Positions 39,187 to 51,817 of a DNA stretch of 64,000 bases are shown here, one piece after another. Position 1 is the first letter of the stretch; every line of letters starts with the position of its first letter. The notes under the pieces were generated by a model. That model saw only the letters and a program-made list of their open reading frames with translations. It was not told the DNA's origin and searched no databases. A program made the translations under genes and the position numbers. Origin of the DNA: Lama glama. Lineage: Eukaryota. The stretch lies in the NCBI GenBank assembly GCA_028534125.1, contig CM052816.1:87112001-87176000 (forward strand). Direction: 5' to 3'.

Positions 39187-41237
39187 ACTTAGAAATTTTC
39201 ATTTCCCTTATGACTACTCCATGAATTACATTAGTCCCTACAACTTAATTCTTTTTTAAAGTATCTTTAATTTCCTTTTAGGTCCTGTTTGGAAATTAGA
39301 GACCTTGGTGTGGTTGTTTGTAGTCCATTTCTTAGTTCAATAAATGTATTGTATAGTGAGAGTCTAACATCCCCACTTTGACCATATGTTAAAACTACTT
39401 TTTTGATTTCAGATGATAATTATAAATCTGACTATTTTTCTGAATGGAACATTGCATGATATAAAGTTCATCTTTACTTGAATAATTTGTACAGTTTTAT
39501 TGCCTTATAAACCTTTCATATCTCTGAAAACCACCCAGAAGTAGAAAACTGATGTTCAAGTCCAGTCCTTACGGAATATAGGAGATATGACCTTCAGTAG
39601 CTGACTTCTGCAGTAAGAAAACAAGGATAATATTTGTTGAAGTTTTCAGGGTCAATATGTAACATGACTTTATTTTTCTCTACTTTGAATTCAGTAAAGA
39701 AATATGAGAGGAGATACATTTTGATGATATATAACTAATAGTACTGATAAAGCTAATGGAATAAAATGGCTTTAGAAACTCTTGTCAAAGGAATGTGCTG
39801 GCAATTTCTCCTGATTTAAAGCCACCTCCATCACATCACCGGTCTCCTTAACGCAAAGCCTAATCCAGCAAGTTTATGTTGGCAGCCATAAAGAGAAGCT
39901 GCAAAGACCCTGCAGGAAGAACAGAGTCATTCTCCGAGTCAGTCTCCTGTATCCACTGCGCCGCCCCTTTTCCTCTAGGGAGCTCCGTGATGGAGTATGG
40001 AGGAGCAGGAAGTGTGACTCCCACACTATCCTTGATTTCTCTTTTCTTTTACTTCCTTTCCATGGAGATGTAAAACATGAGCCATAAGCTTTCTCCTCAC
40101 ATAGGATGTGCCATTCCTTCCCCGAGGTTAACGTGAGGATTAACGAGATGTTGGTCTTGCCCTCCTGCTGCTCGTTAGCACTCGCTCACAACCTGGAACA
40201 GGAACCCACCAAACGTGTTCCTAAAACAGACACGATCCTTCCGAATTTCGGGGTTTTGTTCATATTCTTCTTCCATTACTCAATTTGGTATTGTTCCTCT
40301 CTTTTACTTATAGCTCCCTCAAGTTTCTCTACATCACACAAACAATTCTTTCATTTTTCTTTCCGGAAAATTCTCTTCACATCTTAACAGTAACATGCAG
40401 CCGGTTAGTATTTAGATTCTAAATGATGATGAGCATTTATTCTGCTTAGCCAGTGCCCACTGGTTGTTAAATATTTCAAGTATCTCCTCTATTTCATTAC
40501 ATCATGATGATTTAACAGCCTCATTCAATGGTTAATTAGCTCAATTAAAAGCACCTTAAAGCCTGGGCTTTGATTTACTCGTATCTGTGTTGTATCTGCG
40601 TGTATGTGTGTGTTTATGTTCCTTTCTGTGCCTACCATGAATGTGTTATATAATATAAAATACAAAGTGATATGTACTTTTAAGGCATTTAAGTTCACTT
40701 GAAATTAAATATTATTGATTGCTCCAAGGACCATGAATTCCAAATAATACATAGGGGCTTTAAACCCTGGGCTTATGGAGTATATATACTGTATTTCTTT
40801 TATACTTTCCAAAACTTTTTTTTAAATTAATAGAAAAATATAAATGTACTTGGGTTAATGAGGCTCAGTAGAAGAAGCAGAAGTCTCATTATTGATCTCT
40901 CCCTCCCCCTCTAACTTGCTTCTTCTAACAAACACTGGTAGACTCATTGCAATGGGTCCCTGGAGTTCCCCCCTCTTTGTTTCTCCTTCTCCACCCACAT
41001 GTGGTGAGGGCTTTGCTTACTGCTTTTAACATGTTCTGAACTTCTTTCTCTTTATCTTGTGGATTCAGGCTCTATTTTGTTTTTCATCTCTTTTCCCAGG
41101 CCCCTCTCTGCTATGTTCTCTGGGAGACAAAAATGCCCCTTTCTAAATCTCATACGTTTTTATCAATTTTACTGCCAATGTTAATTTTCGGGAAGCTTTA
41201 TACAGAAAAACAATCTTGCTTTCAGAAATCTTGAGCA

Positions 41238-41737
41238 NNNNNNNNNNNNNNNNNNNNNNNNNNNNNNNNNNNNNNNNNNNNNNNNNNNNNNNNNNNNNNN
41301 NNNNNNNNNNNNNNNNNNNNNNNNNNNNNNNNNNNNNNNNNNNNNNNNNNNNNNNNNNNNNNNNNNNNNNNNNNNNNNNNNNNNNNNNNNNNNNNNNNNN
41401 NNNNNNNNNNNNNNNNNNNNNNNNNNNNNNNNNNNNNNNNNNNNNNNNNNNNNNNNNNNNNNNNNNNNNNNNNNNNNNNNNNNNNNNNNNNNNNNNNNNN
41501 NNNNNNNNNNNNNNNNNNNNNNNNNNNNNNNNNNNNNNNNNNNNNNNNNNNNNNNNNNNNNNNNNNNNNNNNNNNNNNNNNNNNNNNNNNNNNNNNNNNN
41601 NNNNNNNNNNNNNNNNNNNNNNNNNNNNNNNNNNNNNNNNNNNNNNNNNNNNNNNNNNNNNNNNNNNNNNNNNNNNNNNNNNNNNNNNNNNNNNNNNNNN
41701 NNNNNNNNNNNNNNNNNNNNNNNNNNNNNNNNNNNNN
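41238..41737. other. Assembly gap (500 N)
   Basis: Exactly 500 N, a fixed placeholder length. Confidence 0.99.
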
Positions 41738-43349
41738 AACAAAATGTTCATTTGGGGGTACAACAGTTCATCACCTTAAAAAGGTTTTCATTTTTTGGAA
41801 TTCCAACTGTTGCACCAGGAACAATAGTGTATATTTTATGGGTCCTTTAGTTTACAAATGTATGAGCAACTTCATGGAAATGATGTTTTCATTTTATTGT
41901 TTGTAGGTAATAAATGCGTTCAGGTTTTTTTTTTTTAAATATATGTTTCCATGTTTCTTCCCTTTATCTGTCAAAAAAAATACTAACTTTTAAGACAAGT
42001 TGGCTATATTTAAACCTATGAATGTGGTTGACATCTGAATTTGATATATTAAGTGATACACTGACTGTTTTACTTTTTCCTTAAGACAAATTTCCAAATT
42101 CTCTTGCTTTTTCAGCCATGGCAACAGTGAATTCTTAACCTGAAAGTGTACTAAAAAAATGTAGTAATGTTTGCATTAAAAAAATTTTAGTTATCTAATG
42201 AATATAGCTGAGTTATTTATCGCCCTCATATATTATAAATTTTGAATTTGTATATAAAGAGATTTTATACATAATCACAATAAAAATAATAATGGAAAGA
42301 ATATTTACACCTAGAGACAACTCAAACTGTCTTCTTGAATTATAGAAAACTCATTTAATATTATAACAGTAAAACATCATACATAAAATATCTGATCTTA
42401 TTTCCATAACTGTTAGACAATAGAACATTTCTTAGAAGTTGGATGAAACAGGTGTACATATAAATAAGGAGCTACATATAAAAAGTAAGATTTTTGGATT
42501 AATGAAAGGTAATATGTTTTTTACTTGGACCATGTAATATGCTTACTTTGACAGTATAGATGCTTATTTTTCACAACTACAGTCGTTAATGGGAGTTTGC
42601 CTATTTTGGATTTCAAGCTTTTTAATGACTTTTAGGTACTCAGTGTTACCACAAATACAAGTGACAGAAAATAAATGATTTACTGAGTTGAAGCCAATTA
42701 TAGTTACTTCATTTAAAATGATGCAGATTTAGAATGATGAGATACTACATTTGCTATGGCAGTGGAATCATGTAGGAGACTTGTATGAGACTGTCACGGC
42801 ATGTGATCTATAGTCCACGCACAAACTACCCAAGGCAATAGCAATGCTACCCCAGGGTTCTGGGTGAAAACTGCAGATAACAGCCTCCAAGTTGTTTTCA
42901 GGAGAGCTGGTGCAGTCCCGAGACCTTGAGCAAGATAACCCTTCAGCTGTCCGGTTGATCAGGATACTGCATGGCCAGAATACATGTTAAAGCAAGATGA
43001 GGACAGGTGCTTTGAAGGAATGCACCTAGTAAATCAAACTGTGACCTCAGAAAAGGACCCTCCAGAGTCTCCTCTGCACACAGAGGTTGCAACTGAGAAG
43101 GGGCAGCTGATGACCCAGATTTTTCAAATGGGCGGTGAGAGAGTTGAATGTGGCAGAGACCAGAACAACTGCTTTCCTGCCTATAAAAATGGCACCTGCA
43201 AAGCCGTTTTCAATCCAAAATGTGTAGACCCCTGTTTATGTATTCACCCAAATCATAAACAGGAAGAGGAATGCACTACATCGATTGTCCCTACCCTCGT
43301 TAAGAAGAGTCCCAGCATTGTCTTTTAAATAGCAGCAAATCAAATTGCA

Positions 43350-43450
43350 ATATATAAGTGTATCAGATCAACACCTGGAATATCTTAAACTTACACATTA
43401 TACAATGTTATATATGTCAATTATATCTCAATAAAAGCAGGGGAAAAAAA
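43350..43450 (+). mobile_element. Short L1 3' end
   Basis: cttaaacttacac...atgttatatatgtcaattatatctcaataaaagcaggggaaaaaaa. Confidence 0.75.
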
Positions 43451-45436
43451 CAGTCATGACACCAATACCACGTTCTAATGTCACCTCTGCCGTTTCTTGT
43501 CTGCTCATAAAAAATAATGAAATATTCTTTTTCTCATCTAAGCACTTTAGATGAAAGTTTACAAAACCTTTTAGTTTTACCATCTGGCATTACTGTCACA
43601 ACATGCCTTAAAATGGATTCAGCCTCAAACCAGTACAAAACCCAGGCCTACCAAAATGCCTTGACTATTCAAACAATTTTCACCTTCAGATAAGGGCTAT
43701 TCTACAGATCTTGTCCAATCACTGAAACTTGAGATACATTATTTTATTACAAAACGTTTCCTTTCTCTCTGATGTGTCTAGTTTTTCAAATGTGTGAGTT
43801 TATTAAGTGGTCTTAACATGGGTGGTGGTGGTTGTTATTTTGTTACCAGGAAAGAAAATCAGTATAAGGAACAGCCAAATCTCATTGTATTTTGAAGCAA
43901 AAAGGAAAAAAAGGAAAGGAATAAGAACCATGCACTTTTATCAATGGGTTTTAACAGTATTTGCATCCTTATAATTATGTCAGCACTACTTATTTTTTTC
44001 AACCTTTGCCATAAATCTGTGTGCACATTTGGGAAGGCTTATTTATGGCAGAGAGAACCCCCAGTTCCTTGTGGATTCATCAGAGGTGAATCTCAGTGTG
44101 TAATATACCTTCTGTCCGAGGACCAGAGGATAACTGCAGCCTCTCCTGACCTTGCTCTTGCCATGATGGTGAGGACTCATCTCACTGTTCTCTTTGGTTA
44201 TGTTAATTGATTCCTGGGAAGAAATGTTGAGAGCTTTGAGCTTTCTCAGCTTCCCATGAATAAGAATATCTATATTTCAATAATTAAATACTTTTGGAGA
44301 GAATGCAAGGAAACCCACCTTTTAACCTATTCCCCTATATGAAAGCAATGGTCTTTACCAATAACCAAGAACATAAAGATTACAATATGCAATCAAAGAC
44401 ATGGTCTCCTCATAAAAGTAATTCAACTTATAACTGGGCTAAAAGGTAAATGAAACTATAAAGATATTTTAAAATATGAAGCAATAATTGATACAGGTGA
44501 AAACATGGATCAAAAATAATCACCCCCTAAGGTTTGGGGAAATCTATGTAAGCTGGATGAGAACTGGAAGAAACTGTATGAATCTTGAGGAAATATTTGT
44601 TCTCTTATATATTGTGAAAAGGAAAATGAAAATAATAATGATTTGTTCAAGGATGTCTGTAGAAATGAAAAGAATCTAAACTGTATAATGATTCAATAAG
44701 ACCGCTTTACACAATACGTGAAGTGTTTTTAAAAAATTTTAAATAATTTGAAGGCTCAGAAAAAATGTCTCTAAAATAACAAAGATTACAAACAGTGTGA
44801 TCACATCATCGGTGGCCAATTACTGAAGGGCAGCAGTGGCTTGTCTTGATGAGACACAGCGTGAATTTTTTCCAAGTAGATAATAAAGGTGATTTTTTTT
44901 CCTGCCTTTTGTTGGTGGTTATGCACAGTATTAACTCAGGGTCCTAGTGGTAGAACTGAAAGTTACTTTCATTGTTTCTAACTTTGATTTCTCTATGTGG
45001 TATTTCTCTTTTGTTTTATTTCAAAGCTATTTAAACTCCTAAATGAAAAATCTAAATTGCTTTCCTTTAATTACTATTATTTTTCTTTTGTAAGTCAAGG
45101 TAATATTGATAGTAATTGAAAGTGTTTCTTTACCTGAGTATAATTACATTTATTTTTATGAACCATTAAAAAAAATTAGTAGCTAGAACTAGCTAATTGT
45201 AAAATGAAAGAAAAACAAGTATTGCACAGATATGTGGAATGTATTTACAAGTACTCCGGCAACATTCTCAATTATGTTAAAATGTGATGATCTCTATATT
45301 GTATTTGTTCAGGAAAATAAAATTTAAAGTTGGCACAAATGCATAGCAAAGCTTTAGATTAAAAATCTAAAATGAAATTCAATTATTCGTGCTAATGTTA
45401 TTTCTATCTTGATAAGGAAAAATAAATTAGTCATAA

Positions 45437-45490
<54 letters not shown>
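45437..45490. repeat. (AAT)18 microsatellite
   Basis: Read directly from sequence; explains the poly-Tyr ORF at 45354-45539. Confidence 0.95.
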
Positions 45491-45494
<4 letters not shown>

Positions 45495-45517
45495 GAGGAA
45501 ATTTGTGTTCTCGATGT

Positions 45518-45695
45518 CAGTGGCCTCAAATTTTAGCATTGTATTCGAATCACCTGAAGGGCTTGTTTAAGAAAGCTTTGTTAAGCCCCGTTCTCAGAGT
45601 CTGAGATTCAGTGTGACTGGGATGGTGCCCAAGAATTTGCATTTCTAACAGGTGCCCAGGTGATGCTAATACCATCCACATTTTGAGAACAACTG
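45518..45695. mobile_element. MER5A (hAT-Charlie MITE)
   Basis: CAGTGG...CTG termini, gaatcacctgaagggcttgtt, aagaatttgcatttctaacag. Degenerate 8-bp TSD ctcgatgt/cttaatgg. Confidence 0.8.
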
Positions 45696-46319
45696 CTTAA
45701 TGGACTACTAAAAAGATTACCTGCAAACAATAAACAAAGTAAAGCAGAACAATAACAGTGATAACAATATAAAACGCTACCTTTGCTTTAGTTTTCGCGC
45801 TATGCAATGGCAATTCTGAACAACGTTAACGTTAACTTAACTCTTCCAATGGAGTTACGTGGCTTCTCCCTCCATCACCTTTGAGAGAGAAATGAAAAAA
45901 AGAGAAAGAAAGAGGAGGGAAGTGTACAGGACAGAAGAGTAGATGAAGACAGATAGACATATTCATCGTTGTAGATGAATAAATAGCAGGAACTTGGGCT
46001 TGCCAGCCATACATCCTACCATTTCCAACAGTTTTCTGAGAAAAATATGTGTGTGTCTATAGCAAAACTGGCTACTCTTGTCACTCCCTACATATGGGTT
46101 AGAACAATATTCCCAAGTGTAGAATAGACTGTCTTTAAAACTCAGCGTGTCCCAAAGGCATTGTGCTTTCTTTTATGTGGTGAAAGTGTGAGAAACAATG
46201 ATTCATTCTTCACTTCGGTCTGCATGGTCCAGACCATCGGATTTCAAGATGTTTCACTGAAACAAGGTTCTGTAGCACATGGTCCTACAGAGGCCACCAC
46301 TGTGCTTTTTTTCCCATTC

Positions 46320-46805
46320 TGTTGCCAGAGAATAGGTTCTTGTCTCATGCAGGAATGAATTCAAGAGCGAGCTGTAGTAAGGGAAAGTAGATTTATTCAG
46401 GGAGACACACGCTCCAGAGACAGAGTGCAGGCCATCTTGGAAGGCAAGAGAAGCAGCCCCAGGAGATACACATTCCTTAGGCAGAGTGTGGTCCCTCTCA
46501 CTCAAAAGGGAGAGCAGCCATGAGGTGCGGGGGTGGTTAGTTTTTATGCGCTGGGTAATTTCATGTGCTAACAAGTGGGAGAATTATTCCAACTATGTTG
46601 GGGAAGTGAGTGCCCACTTTTTGGCCTTTTATGGTCAGCTTGGGAACTGTCTTGGCAGCTGGGGGTGCCATTAGGCCCAAGATCTACTAGAAGTCGCATC
46701 TTCTGCCATCTTGGACTGAGTTTGTTCTAACCAGTTTATGTCCTGTCCTCAATGACTGTGTCATTCCTTCAGTAGTTATGCCCTGCCTCCTTCCCTCCTG
46801 TCTCA
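46320..46805 (-). mobile_element. ERV1 solo LTR, MER41-like
   Basis: TG...CA ends; TSD attc at 46316-46319 and 46806-46809; minus-strand AATAAA at ~46392; homologous to the LTR at 50293. Confidence 0.9.
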
Positions 46806-46978
46806 ATTCTACCTAATTTGCATAATGTCATCAATATGGATCATTTTGAAATCCTGTGGGATGTCCAGGTAGAACAATTATCTTTAGACAGAGAAGAGAG
46901 TTAGCATAGCCCTGGTGCAAGATTGTATATATACACTGTTTTCCATCCTGCATAAATCTGAGCTGTTTCTGATACTCC

Positions 46979-47492
46979 TGTTACTAAGTCCAAGCTTGTT
47001 CTGCTAGCCCCATGACAGGCTAAATTGGGAGATGAGGTATTGGGACAAGAAATAAAGACTTTATTCAAAAAGCCAGGAGTCTGAGAAGACAGTGGACTAA
47101 CATCCTAGAAAACCATCTTACCAGGGTCTGGATGCTGGTTTCTTTTATAGAACAAAGAGGGAAGTGAGGAGGTAAAGTTAAAAAGGCAATAAGTTGTTGC
47201 GAATAATTCCTGTTTCCGACAAGATTTCGGGAGGGGATGTGTTAATATCTTCTTTCCTGCAATAATTCACAGGTGGACTGGGTCAGGATGTGTCCTGTGA
47301 GCTGAACAAAGGGGTTTTAGTTTAACATTCAGCCATGAGGAGCAGGGCACCCAGAGATGGACTATTATTTATACCTTAAACTAAAGGCAATATCCCTTCA
47401 GTGACTAACTTGTAGCAAAAGCAATAGAAAACAAAGATTTAAGTAAAAGAAACAGATCCAATATGGAATCAGACTTGTCATTCTCTGTTACA
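46979..47492 (-). mobile_element. ERV1 solo LTR
   Basis: TGTTAC...GTTACA ends; near-TSD ctcc/cccc; minus-strand AATAAA (tttatt ~47060); splits the ERVL RT sequence. Confidence 0.85.
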
Positions 47493-50292
47493 CCCCTTTC
47501 TGATAGGGAGGAAAAGATTGCATACAACAGGTAAACGGTCACACACCAGGTTCTGAGGTTGGGACAACATTCTGTAGTGAAGATACCACATATTTAGCAT
47601 AGCACCTGCAATCACGGACATTACCTGAATCTTTGGTGGTCTACTGTCCCTCCCTTGGATCTGTCTGGCTTTGAAGAGGCACAGCTGGTGAATTAAATCT
47701 AGCTATATCGAAGATCATCAGCATTGCATTTTTTTCTGATCTTTTAGGATGGAGCTGTTATCTTTTCTTTACGTGGGTTAGGACATTGCTTTTGATTTAC
47801 ATTCTTGACAGGAAGTGAGGCAGGGCAATTTCAGAGACTTTTATTTTTCCTACCCTGAGGGTAGGTCTTACCTGGCAGTCCAAGGAACCAATATGCAGGT
47901 TGTGCTTTACCAAGTATGTCCTTTAGATACTAAGGGGAAAAAAATCAACAGATGATTCTATGAACCAGTGAATCAAAGGTGAGGTGGAACTAGGTAAAGA
48001 CTCTATTTACTATCCAGTCTCCTTAAATCTCCCTTTCTAACAAAGGGTGTTAAGGAGGCTTCACATCCCTACCAAAAATATCAATTAAAACTCTACAAGA
48101 GTCTTTCAATGTTTTGGGTATTTTCCTTTCCCAGTGTGCTCCTGCCCAGTAAAATAGCCCTAGATCCCCCTGGGGAAGAGGTGAGGAAATCATTAATGTA
48201 TATACATACCATAAAGTTTCAGGGCTATTGTTTTGGGGGAACTGGACTATCCTTTATTCTCTAAAGAATTATGAGCCCAAAAAAGTGTCTCAAATCTGTA
48301 AACTGGGCAACAGATTGTGACTTTAATTGGTATGGCTCTGTGCAAACTCTTGATCACCAACAGCTTCTGATTGCATAGACTGACCAATGACCTTACTGGC
48401 TTCCCAGCTATCTTTCCTCTAGGGATGCTGGTTTTTTGATTAACTACCTCTACTGGGTGGCTATTTAAAGGTAAGATACCCTTGGCTGCCACTCCAACTT
48501 TGCCTCTTAAATCCTCTTGATTATGTCATTAAGAGCCACCATCTGGCACCTGTAATTTCAGTATTGTATCATCCTCATTACTATAAGTAAGTCAATTCTA
48601 AAATGACATCTCTTACTTTTGTCTCTTAAGAAGTTGTAGGATCTAGCCAATATGTGCTTGTAGGATTCAGGAAAGCAAAAGTAGGTCTGAATGTTGATCA
48701 AAGGCAAGTGGAACATAAAGTTGATTAAAGGATATATAGATGTATAAAAATATAGAATTTACAGAATATTTCAAATGGGTAAGGAACCCATTGCCGATTG
48801 ATCTCTGAACTCAATGACAATGGAGACCCTCATACCAGTGCATTTCTCATTATTATCTTGATCACTAGATCTTCTCCTGGACACCCCCTTCAGGACATAG
48901 TCATCTGGTTCAGTCTTCCATAGTGTAATCATTCTCCATGTCCTATTCTCTGAACATTATGATGTATACTTCCAATTTCTGCAGTGGAATATCTCATACT
49001 TCTACTTCATTTAGCATAGGCCATTTCCTTACCCAAGTTTTTGAGGACATTTATGCAGTATATTTGCGATGTGTCCTAGAACCCTCATCTGGGTGGTATG
49101 TTTTGTAAATTATGTATCTATGTATATCTGGATTTCCTTAAGGGCTCATTGTAACCTTAATAGACTCAACATTTCAACAGACAAGTTAAGTTCTGGATTA
49201 AGCCAATTACGAACCACACAGTGAGGAGGGCAAATGGAGGCAGATCATGAGGAGACTGTGTTTTGACTCTCCCAGCAGAAGAAGAAGTTTGCTTCAAACA
49301 AGGAGAGACTACTGAAAAAATGAGCGCACCATTTATTGATGCAGAGGAGTCAAGATAATGCTGGAGATTCGAGAATATTGAATGTATTATCCCAGATATT
49401 TCCATTTCTTATCACAGGGCTCCATTCTTTCCCATTTCAAGGCCTGGACCTCAGCATAACATGTATTTATGCTTAGGTTGAGAATGTAAATTTCCCTGGA
49501 ACTCAGCACTTCTATGATTAACTTGTGAGCCTGGTCCTGAACTTTGTCTGCTCCCTAGCTGATGGAGATGAACCTTATTTAATAAGCTGCCAGCTCTACC
49601 ATTGACTATTACATAAAGCCTTCAGTTCATGATCAGTCATCCTCAGCCTTCTTTTGTCTTTCTCCTCAATAGCTATCCATTTTCATTGTCTTTATAATTA
49701 CTATCTCTCCTATATTTTTCAAAGGACTGATATGAATCAATTGCTAGTGCATGTGCTTCTAATGGCATCCCACCCCATCTCACCAGTGATGCACATTTTA
49801 ACGAACACACTGCTGACACATGTGAGGGACAAGCATTGTTTATGTTAGTGACGGGGTCCGATAAGGACCACCAGCCTGCAACTAGTTATCCAACTCCAAC
49901 ATGCTGTCTTAGTGCCTGGGACCATCAGTGGCTATCAGTTTCCCTAGGAAGTATACTCTGAGATGAAAATGAGCGTGCATTACAATTATTAGCAGGTGCT
50001 CTGAAGATCAATATCTACGGGGAAGAAAAGAAGGCATAACTGGTCAGAGGAAGAAACGCAATTGCAAAAGAGTATAAAGTAAAGTTTTGTCTGACCCTGC
50101 AGGGATATTTAAAACTGGATGGCCCCTCAGGGATGTGTTGTGTGAGGCAAGAGGCTAGATCTTGTATTTCCACAAGGAGCAGGCATTGGGTGCATAAATG
50201 GATGGGCAACTGGGTAAAATAACAGCCTTCAGCAAAAGGTAGTTCACAAAGAGGACTGAAAGCCTGAGCATGCCTTGGGGCTTCACTCCCAG

Positions 50293-51379
50293 TGAGACAG
50301 GAAGGAAGGGGGCAGGGCACAGCCACTGAAAGAATGGCAGAGCAATTAGCACCAAGATGGTGGAAGATACAACTCCTGGTAGACCTTGAGCTTCCATGTA
50401 CACCCATTAAAATACGATAGCGTGCTAAATGGCACTCCCTCAGGTGCCAGGACAGCTTTAAGGCTGACCACAAAAGGCCAAAAAGTGGGTGATGGCCCAA
50501 TTCGTGGGAACCCTAGCCCCTTCCCAAAGAAGTTGGAATAATCTTCCCACTTGTTAGCATATGAAGCTACCAAGCCCAAACTAGCAACACCGTACCCCGA
50601 GGCCACTAGCTCCCGCCCCTCCCCAGGCAGCCTGCACTTTTGTCTGTGGGGTCAGTGTATACTTTTACTTTAAACTGAGCACCCAAGCCCCCACACCTTG
50701 TGGCCTTTCTCTTGCCTTCTGAATCAGCCAGCATTCTGTCTGTCGACTGAAATAAATGCACAGCCTAAAAGTTAAGAGTTACATTTTATTTGGCAGGAAG
50801 ACTCCAGCCGGGATGACAGCCTCTCAGATTGCTCTGAGGGACGGCTCCCGAGAGGTAGGGGAGGGGCTAGGATGTATAGGAGCTTTACAACAAAGACCAG
50901 GTAGTTGGAGCTATAAAAGATTCCTTGTTATCTAAAGAAAACCAGGCATCAAGTTAAAGAATTTAGTGCTTTTCTATGTATACCAGGAAGCAAACATTTG
51001 TGCTCATTGTATTCATTCCTTTGACAAGCACCCAGCTATCTAGGGCCAGTGTCCTGTCCTTTCTTATTCTGAGTCCCCTCAGGGTGCACCATTGTGAGTG
51101 GCTGCAGAGACCTGGCTGCAGGCTTGTCTTCCCTGGGGAGTGGCAGCAGCCACTGATGGCTTGATGGCTTCAGCATTCTTTGTTTATTGATGTGGTCTGC
51201 AGTTTTTTTCCTTCCCATGTCCTGTGTATCTCTGAATGTATCTACCTCTAATCAACTGTGGCTCACTTTTCAGTTCTTTCCTACGTGAAGCCAAGGACCC
51301 ACCCTTGGCGGGACGCATCCCAGTGACTCAACTGAGACCTGGGACACGGCCATCCTTTCGCCTCACATTTTCCTGTTCA
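50293..51379 (+). mobile_element. ERV1 solo LTR, MER41-like (contains another LTR)
   Basis: TGAGAC...TTCA ends; TSD ccag at 50289-50292 and 51380-51383. Confidence 0.9.
50741..51217 (-). mobile_element. ERV1 solo LTR (innermost of the nest)
   Basis: TGTCGA...TCCCA ends; TSD tgtc at 50737-50740 and 51218-51221; minus-strand AATAAA at ~50785. Confidence 0.9.
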
Positions 51380-51817
51380 CCAGCAGCTGGGAGAATAATC
51401 CTCTCAGCCCAGAGGAATATCTGGATGCTGTATTACAGTGTCCACTATGTTGACACATAGGTATTTCTCTTCTCATGCTATGGAGAAAGTCATCATGGTT
51501 CCAAAATCTCTGCTTCAACTGTGTGTGTTTTCTATGGTTTCTGTTACTGCTTCTCTGCTTCCATTAGATAGTTAAGTCTACCCAGGTTGCTGCAAATAAG
51601 TCTTTGAAACTATCCAAGAAAGCTTTCTCTAACTTTATTCTGCCTTTGTCTATTCCAAATCCCACGGAAACAAAGTCAGCTTGGCACCCACTTTGTAGCC
51701 ATCACTAATTAAATAATTGAAATTTTATTTCTTTTTCTGTTAAGCAAATGTTTCCATCTGAGCAATGGATCGATGATCCTCTGTTCTCAAGAAATTTACA
51801 CCATGTAATCCATTGTT

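Larger units (their letters stand above)
46050..49940 (-). mobile_element. ERVL (ERV3-16A3/ERVL-E-like) internal gag-pro-RT remnant
   Basis: Minus-strand translation gives QKQLRFMQDGKQCIYTILHQGYAN (cf. LPQGY) and an IDDIM motif (cf. YIDD) at ~46820-46970, FNSP near 47690, and LPQGDLGLFYWAGAHW near 48130-48180 (cf. ERVL LPQRDLRPF..VHW). Confidence 0.8.
49940..51449 (-). mobile_element. LTR16A-like ERVL 5' LTR, split by nested LTRs
   Basis: ggatggcccctcag...tgaggcaagagg...cactcccag | cagctgggagaataat...acagtgtccactatg; the sequence rejoins across the insertion. Confidence 0.75.

Noticed and set aside
41143..41779. Longest ORFs in the track (206 and 187 aa)
   Set aside because: Artefacts of translating the N gap.
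45354..45539. Poly-tyrosine ORF
   Set aside because: Translation of the (AAT)18 microsatellite.
50015..50606. Overlapping 161, 82 and 86 aa ORFs
   Set aside because: They lie across LTR sequences; chance ORFs in GC-richer DNA.
33870..51449. Idea that the two LTR16 elements are the two ends of one provirus
   Set aside because: They are in opposite orientations, differ in subfamily-like sequence, each adjoins its own leader, and an assembly gap lies between them.
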